Origin: Isurus oxyrinchus
Taxonomy: Eukaryota
Direction of reading: 5' to 3'
NCBI GenBank assembly: GCA_026770705.1
Contig: JANJGN010000021.1
Location: 100,812,001 to 100,876,000 of the forward strand
Length of the DNA stretch: 64,000 nucleotides
Made by a program: the position numbers and the translations under genes. This document shows positions 52,435-64,000 of the stretch, in pieces. Position 1 is the stretch's first letter. The number at the start of each line of letters is the position of its first letter. The notes under the pieces were generated by a model. That model did no database searches. It was given only the letters and a program-made list of their open reading frames with translations, and had not been told where the DNA came from.

Positions 52435-53789
52435 GTAAGAACTTAGCAAGAAGGCAAAATCACATCACTTGAAATTCCCAACATAGGTTTTGAGCAACAA
52501 ATCCCGAACTTCCCACTTATTAAATCATGTATTAAGTCATAGAAATAACTATGCTGTTGCTGAAAATAAATACCATTATTGAACAGGAAGGTGTAATGGG
52601 TCAGGTTTTATGACAAGAATAACTGAGGCTGACAGTGCTCACTGTTATAATGGGGTAAACCTGCCAGCAATGTTTGGTGTCTGCAGTTAATTGGAGAAAT
52701 TGAGAACTTGCTGTCAGAGGCAACCCGCTCCCCATGGGGTCTGCTTCTGCTGCCCTTGCCCAAAGCCTTGGCACTGAAAGAAATGCAATGCCTTGAACTT
52801 GGAGCACTTACTGACTAGCTCTCCTAAAAAATGGCTGAAATAATTAAAGCTGGTGTATTCAGAAGTAAGTGAGTTTTTAACAGTATGAAAATTACTGCCA
52901 AAAGAACCTATATGGCTCTGAGAAAAAGAAACAATTTTACAAGTGTGAAGTCTCTTTCTCTTAAAAGGTTATTAGTTTTGAAAATTTAGATATGATATCT
53001 GTATTTCACAATCTTTATTTCACTTGTGTATGATTTAAACCTAATTTATAGTCTTTACTTTATACATCGTGGTTTGCACATTGGGATACAAATTAATTGA
53101 AGGTGGCAGTGTAACTCAACTATATTCAGCACCTGATATTCAGTTCCATTGCAGTCAATTTAGGTGCAGCATTTATTCAAGAGTGAATCTGATTGCATCT
53201 GTTTTGTGCCATGTCCCGAGATGAACTGTTACTCCTGTGTGTGCCAGTGAGGGGCCTTACATCTGATTGGCTGATGAGCCTCCATGTTCCCAGTCTTGTT
53301 CAGAGATGACTTCGACCACCTACCAATAGTGCCTTGCTCGATCATAAGCCACATGAAAACATGTCTGCACACTGAAGTCCGCAAGAAATAATAATAATAA
53401 TTCTGGGTAGCTGTCAGCAAGGCAGCTGGTGCCATTTCCTCATCTGCATGATCCAGTCATTATAATTTTTATCTACTCAGTGGATATCAAATAACCATAG
53501 GAAACATGGCCATCCTTCAGATTTAATTTTTCACAAATAAATCATAATATTTCCATTTTGTTCCAAATTCATAACATACCCCCACTGGCAAACTATGGGA
53601 AGGATACGGTTTAGCTTTATTTGGATTTAGTTACAAGGATTCCCAACACCTTCTAATAGCAATCAGGCATTTCTGCTCCTTCTTTATTGAGCGTTTAATC
53701 TGTAATGAGAAATATCTTCAAATACTGTTTTTTCATTGATCCATATTCATTAAGCCTTACACTCTAAAGTCTGTATCCTCGATATTTCT

Positions 53790-56522
53790 ACTGTTTCCAG
53801 TTATATGCAGGAATTTAATTAATAAAAGAGGAGGAGGCGTTGCATTATTAGTTAAGGAATCATTTACTGCAGTAAGGAGAGATGATATCTTGGCGGGGGC
53901 ATCGAATGAAGTTTTGTGGGTAGAGCTTAGGAATAAAAAAGGGGTAACCACATTGTTAGGTGTTTATTATAGACCCCCAGATAGTCAGCGGGAAATTGAG
54001 GAGCAAATATGTGCATAATTTGTGGAGGTGTGTAAAAACAATAACAATAGGGTAATTATATTAGGTGATTTCAACTTTCCCAACATTAATTGGGAGAGAC
54101 ATAGTACAAAGGGCTTGGATGGAAGGGATTTCTTGAAATGTGCATAGGAGAATTTTTTAGGTCAATATGTAGAGGGCCCAACAAGGGATGGTGCATTGCT
54201 GGACCGAATTGTGGGGAATGAAGCTGGACAGGTGGCTGAGGTGGTGGTGGGGGAGCATTTTAGTGAAAGCGACCACAACATGGTACAGTTTAAGTTTGTT
54301 ATGGACAAAGAAATTGACAAGTTAAAAAAAATGTTTTGGATTGGGGGAGAGTGGGTTTTAGTAAAATAAGGCAGGATCTGGCCAGGGTAGTCTGGGAACA
54401 GTTACTTGTGGGGAAATCTACAGAGGAACAGTGGGGGGTGTTCAAAAAGGAAATGGGGAGGGTACAGGCTAAACATGTTCCCTCTAGGTTGATAGGAAGG
54501 AGTAACAAGCCCAGAGAACCATGGATGACCAGAGATATTCAGGTTACGATGAGAAGGAAAAGAGATGCTTTTAGCAGGTACAAGGGAAGCAAATCAGCGG
54601 AGACATTAGTGGAGTACAGACAGTGCAGGGTTGAGCTTAAGAAAGCAATTAGGAGAGCAAAGAGGGGATATGAGAAAGCTCTGGCTGGTAAAAATAGGGA
54701 AAATCCTGAGATATTCTATAAGTATATCAATGGGAAGAGGATAACCAGGGAAAGAGTAGGGCCCATAAGGGTCCAAAGGGGCAATCTATAGGTGGAACCA
54801 GAGGACATCACTAGAGTGTTGACTGAGTACTTCACGTCTGTCTGCGCCCAAGAGAATGAGGATGAAGGTATCAAACTCGGGCACAGAGATTGTGAGGTTC
54901 TTAATCAAATTGATATAGGGAGTGACAAGGTATTGGAGGTGTTGTCAGGCTTAAAAGTGGACAACTCCCCAGGTCCAGATGATTTTTGTCCTAGACTGCT
55001 GAGGGAGGCAAGGGAGGAGATCACAGGGGCTCTGACCCAAAATTTTAATTCCTCTCTGGCCACAGGGGAGGTGCCAGAGGACTGGAGAACAGCTGATGTG
55101 ATTCTTCTATTTAAGAAGGGTTGTAGAGATAAGCCAAGGAACTACAGGCCAGTGAGTCTCACTTCAGTGGTAGGGAAACTATTGGAGAAATTTCTGAAGG
55201 AGAGTATCTATCTCCACTCGGAGAGGCAAGGTTTGATCAGGGATAGTCAGCATGGCTTTGCCAGAGGGAGGTCATGCCTAACAAATTTTATTGAATTTTT
55301 TGAGGAGGTGACCAGGTGCGTAGATAAGGGTAGTGTAGTTGATGTAGCTTATATTGATTTTGGCAAAGCCTTTGACAAGGTCCCACATGAGAGACTTATA
55401 AAGAAGCCAAAGGCACATGGAATATAGGGTAATTTGATAAGGTGGATTCAAAATTGGCTTAGTTATAGAAGGCAGAGGTTGATGACAGAAGGCTGCTTTA
55501 CTGACTCGAAGCCAGTGTCCAGTGGCGTACCACAGGGATCTGTGCTTGGTCCCGTATTATTTGTCATTTATATAAACGACATAGATGACTATGTGAGGAG
55601 TAGAATTAGTAAGCTGGCGGATGATACAAAGATTGGCCATGTGGTTAACAGTGAGGTTGAGTGTCTTGGGTTGCAGGAAGATATAGACGGAATGGTCAAA
55701 TGGGCAGATAAGTGGCAGATGGAATTTAACCCTGAAAAGTGTGAGGTGATACACTTTGGAAGGAGTAATTTGACAAGGAACTATTCAATGAATGGCATTG
55801 CATTAAGAAGTTCTGAGGAACAAAGGGACCTTGGCGTGTATGTCCATAGATCTCTGAAGGCGGAGGGGCATGTTAGTGGGGTGGTGAAAAAGGCATACGG
55901 AACACTTGCCTTTATCAATCGAGGCATAGATTACAAAAGTAGGGAGGTCATGTTGGAGTTGTATAGAACCTTGGTGAGCCCACAGTTGGAGTAATGTGTG
56001 CAGTTCTGGCCGCCACATTATAGGAAGTATGTGATTGCACTGGAGGGGGTGCAGAGGAGATGTTGCCTGGGATGAAACATTTAAGTTATGAAGAGAGGTT
56101 GGATAGACTTGGGTTGTTTTCTTTGGAGCAGAGAAGACTGAGGGACGAGGTGTACAAGATTATGAGCGGCATGAACAGGGTGGATAGGGAGCAGCTATTC
56201 CCCTTAGTTAAAAGGTCAGTCACAAGGGAGCATAAGTTGAAGATGAAGAGCAGGAGGTTTAGGGGGGATGTGAGGAAAAATTCTTTTACCCAGAGGGTGG
56301 TAAAGGTCTGGAATGCAATGCCTGGGAGGGTGGTGGAGGCGGGTTGCCTCACATCCTTTAAAAAGTACCTGGATGAGTACTTGGCAAGTCATAACATTCA
56401 AGGCTATGGGCCAAGTGCTGGTAAATGGGATTAGGTAGGTAAGTCAGGTGTTTCTCATGTGTCCGTGCAGTCTCGATGGGCCGAAGGGCCTCTTCTGCAC
56501 TGTGTTTCTGTGATTCTGTGAC
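53790..56522 (+). mobile_element. 5'-truncated CR1 LINE ORF2 with stops and frameshifts
   Basis: YYRPP, GDFNFPNINW, NYRPVSLTSVVGK, GVPQGSVLGP, LADDTK, tgtgattctgtga tail. Confidence 0.95.
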
Positions 56523-56884
56523 TGTGACAATATATGCATATATCTGTGTGGAGTGAATATAAAGAAGCAAGATTCCTTCTTATTGTTATATATTGACAAC
56601 AACATAAATAGCGACACTGGTTCACCTGGCCCTAGTGAGTTGGTGATATAGTAAGCATAGTGGGAAGACCCCTTTGGTCCCAATGTGTTGATGGCTGGTA
56701 AACATAGGGGCCAAAGGGATTTTCTCACTATGCGTTGGTAGTATGTTAAACATAATGGGAATATTTCCTTTATTTTCTGTGTCCTGGTGACATGTTAAAG
56801 GCAATGAGAAGATTTTCTCTGATGCCAAATGTTATTCAAATTATGTTGGGATGCCTTCTGTATTTGAAATACTCATCCATCCAA

Positions 56885-57038
56885 NNNNNNNNNNNNNNNN
56901 NNNNNNNNNNNNNNNNNNNNNNNNNNNNNNNNNNNNNNNNNNNNNNNNNNNNNNNNNNNNNNNNNNNNNNNNNNNNNNNNNNNNNNNNNNNNNNNNNNNN
57001 NNNNNNNNNNNNNNNNNNNNNNNNNNNNNNNNNNNNNN
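56885..57038. other. Assembly gap (N run)
   Basis: Run of n. Confidence 1.
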
Positions 57039-57283
57039 ATTAGACAATTATGATTTCTCTCGTGTTAGGCCATAGATGAATTATTCCTTCAATATATTAG
57101 GATGCCTGGGCCTATATAAATATTTATTTCCCTGGTAAATATTTTATTTTATGACAATATCAAGATGGGGGTCCACTTGAATGTGATCCTCTGCGCATGG
57201 TAAGAAAGTATGTTCCACCTTATCTGAATATATTACACTTGAATGCAAATAATCACTGATATAATTTAATTTGTGTTCCAAAG

Positions 57284-57327
57284 GATGTAAACGAAGAAGA
57301 ACAATCGATCTACACCCCTATGGAAAG
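57284..57327 (+). CDS. Cytoplasmic exon 4 (DVNEEEQSIYTPME) with tyrosine motif
   Basis: aaag acceptor; AG|gtaaat donor; phase 0 to 2; acidic run then SIYTPM; lies beyond the N gap. Confidence 0.55.
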
Positions 57328-57489
57328 GTAAATTCCATCTAGCAGCTACTTAATGTTGCAGTTAGCCTGCAGCTATTCGTCTCCCAGAAGTGCCTGTGGC
57401 GTGCATTGTGCAGTCAGCAGAAACGAGTTACACTGCAATGTTCATCTTATTATGGGATGGCATTGAGGTCCGTGAAGAAGCATATGAGT

Positions 57490-58869
57490 GGGAACATTAA
57501 GTTGAAGTATAAGATTAGCCATGATTTTATCGCATGGTCGAACAGTCGCAAAAGGCCATATGGCGTACTCCACCCTCCTATTTCTAATGCTCTTCGTGAT
57601 TTCGATCCCGATGTTGAAACCCAATGAAGCAGTATCAGGTTTTCCTGCATCTCGCATTACCTTCCCCGCATCTCCCTAGCAACTGACCTTTGGTCTTAGA
57701 AGAGAGTAGCACGATTCACTTGTCACATTACATTAAATTTAGTTGAGTGCTCCAATGGGCATGCCGGATATTGACAAAATACAGCTTAGCGCCCGATGCC
57801 ATTCTAACAGTTTAAGGGGAAGCCCTGGTGATTATCTCGCACCACTTGGCTTTGCACTCTGGATTCAAAGCCAGACCTGACAGTTATACTAGCAGTTTAG
57901 CGTCAGTCTGCATGCAAAAGCGCTTTCACATCAAGACAGCATATTAGACTTCTCAGACGCTTATACATCACCAGCTGTTCTGAAAAGTCCAATGTCCCTC
58001 AACATATCCGTAAGACAAGATTGGACCCTAGTCGGAGAGGTGTTCTCGCCTAAGTTTATGTTGCAACAACAACTTCTATTTATACAGCGCCTTAAATGTA
58101 ATAAAATATCTCAAGGTTCTTCACAGGAGCTTTATAAAGCAGAATATGATACCGAGTTTATATTATACCGGTATTCTGTGGGGGTAACAACACAACCTAA
58201 TGGGACAGTTACACTTCACGTATTATGTGTCTGTGAAGAGGTTTGGGCTGTCTAATGATGTAACACAAGATTCCTAAGGCGGGGGGGAGGGTGGGGGGGG
58301 GGGGGGGGTTGGTGGTGTGGGTGTGTCAGAGGGAGGTCTAAAGATAAAGAGACTGATATCCTCTGAGTGAAAAGTTGGGTCAGAAAAGGCGCTATCTGAT
58401 CAGCTGAATGACGAGAGAAAACTCTTCTGCACATATGTAGTTATCGAATGTTTCAAATCGCCCCTCATCCTTGTACAATAGTCCCAAATAAAACAAAACT
58501 TGATTGATTCGGGAGCCATAGGGTACGGCCGGTCATTTCACCGACTGGACGATTTGGAATTCAGCTCAGACGTCCGTCCGCGGAAGGCAACTTGAGTTAA
58601 ACTAGTCCTCAGCCAGTTCTCAGTGGGAAAGGGCCTACTGCAGGATTCCAGTCATAATCTGGCAGTAAATTGGCAATGCCACTCCCAAAGGCAACATGGA
58701 AGGCTTATGCAAGATGCAGGAAAATCTGATACTGCTCACTAGGTAATAATATTTCAACATCGGGATCAAAATCACGGAAGACATAAGAAATAGGCCATGT
58801 GGCCTCTTGAGACTGATCGACAATGCGATAAAATCATGGTTGATCTTATGCTTCAATTTAACGTTCCCA
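57490..58869. repeat. Diverged inverted repeat pair (~57490-57666 and ~58697-58869)
   Basis: gatcccgatgttgaaa / tttcaacatcgggatc; gcagtatcaggttttcctgcatct / agatgcaggaaaatctgatactgc. Confidence 0.8.
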
Positions 58870-61080
58870 TCCAATCCCCACACCCCTTAATTCCCTAGTG
58901 CCAAATAATTGTCGACCTCTGTCGTGGATATATCCAACGACCGAGATCCGCAGCACTTTGGGGTAGAGAATTCCAGAAATTTCGATTGCTTATAAACAGC
59001 ATCATCCAAAATATATTAAGCGCCTCAATTTATTTTATCTTCAAATACGTGGCCTAGAAATGATTATTTCTACTCTCGACAGGCTAAAAAATCTGTGCGC
59101 TGTGAAGTATGAACTTTTTTATTTTAAATTGGCCAATGGCTCTGTTAAAAAAACGGACAATGTCACATGAACGTGACAGCCTTCAATAATAGGTGGGCGA
59201 GGCAATATTTCAGGGGGCAGTTAAGAATCAACCACATTGCTGTAGGCCTGCAAGTTACATGTGCCAGATCAGGGAAGGAAGAGCATTGATGGGATGGGAA
59301 TGTTGTCACCCTGAGAGAGTGAAACCTATTCGTGTTCCATGGTGCCTCAGCGATCCTGATCTTCTGTGAAAGCCGGCGAACAGTGATATTTTATTTTTTA
59401 AACCGACGTGGGCTTCGCTGGCTAGGCCGACAATTTCTCCTTGTTCAGGGGACATTTGAGAGTCAATCACATTAATCTCACATGAGCTGGTTAACATTTG
59501 ATTACTTATAGGGTGCAACATGATCCCAACAGAGTCACATATATGCCAGCAGATTGCTTCCCCTGAAGGCCATTAATGAACCAGTTGGGTTTTTTTTTAC
59601 AACAACCGCTTCATCATTAGACTTCTAATTCTAGACTTTTAATTCAAATCTAGGGATTCGAACCCAGGTCCCCACAACCTTGCCCCGGGTCTCTGGATCA
59701 ATAGCCCAGCGACAATACTTCTACGTCATCAATATTGGGAGGCACAATAACATCAGCCTGGTCTCCCACTGCAGCATTCAGATCATTTGATGGAAGCTGT
59801 TTGTGTCGCAACGGACGCTGTGACCTGGGCCATTTGACACTAGGGTGCAAGGCAAATTTCTGTTTTTGTGAGTTCAGCTCGAGTTTTGTGCTGTTGGTTT
59901 TGGACATGTTACACATTCATATGGAAGTTTCATTCAATCAGAGAGGTCAACCGGGATCATATGAGGCTGGTTAACATGTCGGTTACTTATATGATTCCAA
60001 CGGTCAAAACTGCGCATTCTCTTTGTCCAGCTTAAGACACTTGGACATAACACTTTTGGATCATAAACTGGGTGATAGAGGTTCAGCACTCCATTATGCA
60101 CTCCGCCAGCTTTTATTCCCATTGAGTTCAATGCGGGCAGGTGTAGAACAGACCACCTATCTGGTTTCACTCGTTTGGTGCCTTCAGGGAAGTTCAATTT
60201 CATCCCGACCATTTTATCCCATTATTTTAGCTGAAACGCACACAATCTGTTTCATGCTCTTTCACATTCTGCCATGTGTCCTATTGCTCTTTGATGAATA
60301 TTGGACGATGTTGGCACAGTTCAGGCATTGCTTTCCTAATGCAGTGGAAGAGATTGACAAAACATGAACTAAATTTTAACCTAAGCTGGGAAACACAAAG
60401 GGTCAGGTGAAATGCCAGTTGTACATCGTGCCCTGTATTACCCTTCGATAGGGAGTCAAGTCATGCTGGGTGCAAAACCAATAGAGCTAATGACCTCCCC
60501 TTCGGGATGCTGAGGAGATTGGGTGCAAAGGGAATTTTAAACACTAATCAATTTGCTTCCACATTTCATTCGCCAGGGACTAGTTTTGGATGGGATACAA
60601 AACTGACACTGCCTCTGGTCCTGCTGGTCTCCCGCTGGCGAGTCAGGTTACGGTTTCTCCCAATGTGTCTGTTGACATTATTGCAGATGTTGGCATGGTT
60701 GTATTATGTTCTTCAGGATTACAATCATTTGTCAGTGTTCGTCATGGAAGGGGGTGTTATTGGGCAACGCTGGATAAGATTCCTTGGTTATCTAGACATG
60801 TCGGGAGCCGGTAGGTTTCCTGTAGCCCTAGCCTCTCCAGCGTTCGCTGGGTGTGCTCTATGCTCTTTTTGATTTGGGGGTGGGGTGGGGGAGAGGTGGT
60901 TTGCTGGTAATTAGACCTTAGAGGTGTGGTACAGATTGCCTGGTGCATTTACCACCCCAGACTTGGACTGTCTACTCGAATGTGAAGCTAGCTCTGCAAA
61001 AATAACCTAGAAATTAGTATAATTGTTTTTCCTTCTCTGTTTTTAATACATGTCTTCCTTTCCCCTTTTGTTCCTGACAG

Positions 61081-62143
61081 CCTAAAGACATTCGGCAATT
61101 CGTTAGAAAACATGATGGGCAAGTAACTCAATAAGAATGAATTGAAATGTTCGGCGCGGCTAATGAAAGATTGTGTTCATTAGAAATATTATAAGTGTGC
61201 ATTCTGTACGCTGACACGGCCCTATTCGGTCTTCCTCATCTTCTCCATATATTTCTTATCAGTTGTTGTGGGCCTTCTGGGAATAGTTATCTTTATAGGT
61301 TCTGAAGTACCAGTGATATGGTAAGGTTTTGCTCCAGTGTCATAGCTATGCATTCATCGGGCACGTTTCATAACCACAGGAAGCCGAAGAGTATTTTACA
61401 GCCGACGAGGTCCTTTTGAAATGTAGACATTGACAAATTGTAAGCAGCGCCAATTTGTGCGTAGCAGAGTCCGATAAAAAGCAACGTGATAATGATGCGA
61501 GCTAGTGACTTTGTTTGAGGGAAGCACATTGGCCAGACTATCAGGGAGAACTCCCCTGCTCTTCTTCAAAATAAGGTCACGGGCTTTTTTTTAACGTCCA
61601 CTATGGTTTCCATCTCAGCCGTAATATTGCATCTCCAACAGTACAGCGTTCTCAGCAGTGGAGTGTGTGTGAATTTTAGGTAAGATGGGAGCTTAACACC
61701 ACTAACCTCTGCTTCGGCGATGAGAGAGTACCACTCATTGAGTCACAGCCAACAACAAATTGTAGCTGTCCCGAATTAGTCTAGAAGGGAACATGTGATG
61801 CAACTTGTGTCTGAGGTCTTGATTGAGTCGGGCCCGGGGAGATAAGACAAAACCCATCCCATACCCCCCCCCCCCAAAAAAAACCCCCAGCCCCACCCCC
61901 AGTGCTGGATCTAAATGTAATATGTGAAATTGGTTTGAAGGGCCTCAATTCAATTCTAATTCGCTTGGTCTACAGCAGGAAATTTAGTTCGAAACCGATA
62001 ATTCCATTCTCAGATGAATAGCTGTTCTGGAAAATGGGAATGTTGAACTGGAGATACTTTTTTCAGATCTACATTGGGTCCATACTACACCTGACACAGC
62101 GCAAAAAGAAGACGAGTCCTTCATTTTACCGAGCACAAAATAG
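61081..62143 (+). other. Candidate distal cytoplasmic exons (61081-~61118, 61299-61320, ~61976 onward); frame unresolved, possibly decayed
   Basis: Strong acceptor ttcctgacag ending 61080, donor ATG|gtaagg at 61320, acceptor tacag ending 61975; no single convincing reading. Confidence 0.25.
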
Positions 62144-64000
62144 ATGCACTGTTAGAGTAACTGTCCTCCTGTATGTGCGATTTCTGATAAAAGCTGCCTA
62201 CAGCAACTTGTAGCAATTTAGTAAATGTAACTTGGTAATGAGTGAACGCTAATTATGATTGTAGCAAACTACAGCACTGCTATTTTAACTCATTAGCTTT
62301 CATGATATAACCCAGCTATTTGCCGGTTTTAATGTGTGTCAGCTGGGCTTTATACGTGTGCGCTTGTCGGTTGTCTGTCTTGTGTGAGTTGGGCTCAACT
62401 GTTGATGGTCTTGTTTTCAAAGCGAAATATTGCGGAATTAAGTTCTACTTCAAAAGTTCAATAGATAATTGTGACTTCATGCCAGGAGTGAAGGAGCCCT
62501 GCATTGCCAAATATTCTAGTCATTCCTGCTTGTCCAGGTGAACAGTGCGGGATTTTGACAAACAGCCAGGCGTTATTTCAGCATCCCGCCTAAAGTCGTT
62601 TAATGAAGCGCGCCCACGTATACAGAATTATTTAAAGAAGGATAAATTGGTTATTTAATTTACTGCTGTTTCTGGTACCTTGCAGTTGTCATACTAAGAA
62701 TGATAGCACTGAATGTAATTCACTCCATGAGTAAATTCACCTTGGAGACCCCGAGAGGCATGATCAGTTGTTAGAGAAACAGAAACAGTCCATTCAGCCT
62801 CTCGAGCCTGTTCTGCCATTCAATTAGATAATGTACCTCAAATAAACCTGTGTTGTTTTTCTACCTATCAACATATATAACTATCAATAATCAAAGATCA
62901 ACCTATCGCTCTGAATACTGTGTGTGCCATATTGTATTAAACTCCATTGACATTTTCCTTTCTATTATATTTTACGCTTGTAGGTTCACAAAGTTCTCCA
63001 ATCAAATCACAGAAACAGGTAAGGATGAATATAAAGTGAAATACAGCCTTTAGTTTCAATGCATTTCGAGGCAAAACTCATACTGCTCCTGATCAAGCTA
63101 CGTTTTCGAAATCGTAGGTTGTAGGAGACCAAACAAATAGACTTTATTCACAAAATTTCATCTCAAGCTTTGCTGCAGTAGCAACAAGAACAGAGCATGA
63201 TATGGTAACCATAGAGATGGATGGATTTTATAGATTGGCATACTTAATAATTACCTATGTTTCTCGAATATAAATTAAACATTTTTATATATCTACTTTT
63301 AAGACGACGATATGTTGTTAAGAACGTGAAAGGTGCAAGAGGCCCAAGAGCCCAAACTTTTATTAGATATCAAACCCTTTCATCTTATCCCTCCAAGTCT
63401 CGACAAAAGCTCATCCAGTCCTTGTTTGAGTTCATTTATATTTTAGAGTTTGATTGCATATTCTGGCTATTTATTTTCTCCAAGACTATTAGATTTTTAA
63501 AACATTTTTTAAAAGTATTTCATTCTTAACCCCAATTTAAAGAGGTGGAATAGCTGATCTCTTGCACAAATACCAACCAATCAAGGACCGTCTTGCATGG
63601 GGGCCCATGAAGGGTACATCATGTCTGGCCAGCCTAGACTAATCAAATCTTTCTGTTTGAACAGATAACTACAACAGAGCCGATACAATACGCGTCGATA
63701 AATATAGACTTTTTAAAACAACGATCTTCCCTGAATGTGGCTGCGGCATGTGACGATTTAGAGTGAGTTAATAATTGCCCTTAATGGAACGAATCAGATT
63801 TCAGATACGCTTATTTCAGTTTTTCATTTGAAATCACAGCTACTTATGGGTCAGAAAGAAACCCTTAATCCCCAGCTCCAGAACACTAACTAATATAGAT
63901 CAGGAGTCTAGCAGCTTCGCTCCTTTGTTTCTCTCCATTTGAAAAATGTTGCTAGATGCGCACTTACCGTCCAAATCCCTTGCTTTCTGTCATCGCGATC

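Overview
Repeat-dense vertebrate DNA, most likely from a cartilaginous fish (inferred from the mix of CR1, L2, RTE, Penelope and Deu-SINE-like repeats). Bases 1-35000 are almost all nested, decayed retroelements. The only host gene I can support is on the + strand (~36027-57327, possibly to ~62140): an NKp30 (NCR3)/XMIV-like immunoglobulin-superfamily receptor with an unusual layout. It has one leader exon, three near-identical 342-bp germline-joined VJ-type exons in ~2.4-kb tandem units, two truncated second-V stubs ending in an in-frame stop, one stop-interrupted second-type V exon, one transmembrane exon with a central Glu, and a phase-consistent chain of small cytoplasmic exons ending in SIYTPM. 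Separately, Penelope-like pseudo-LTRs carry minimal type I hammerhead-ribozyme motifs and recur as short fold-back insertions with 10-14 bp target-site duplications (TSDs). One of these is a perfect 119-bp-arm palindrome in an intron of the receptor gene. An assembly gap lies at 56885-57038. All calls were made by eye; no searches were run.
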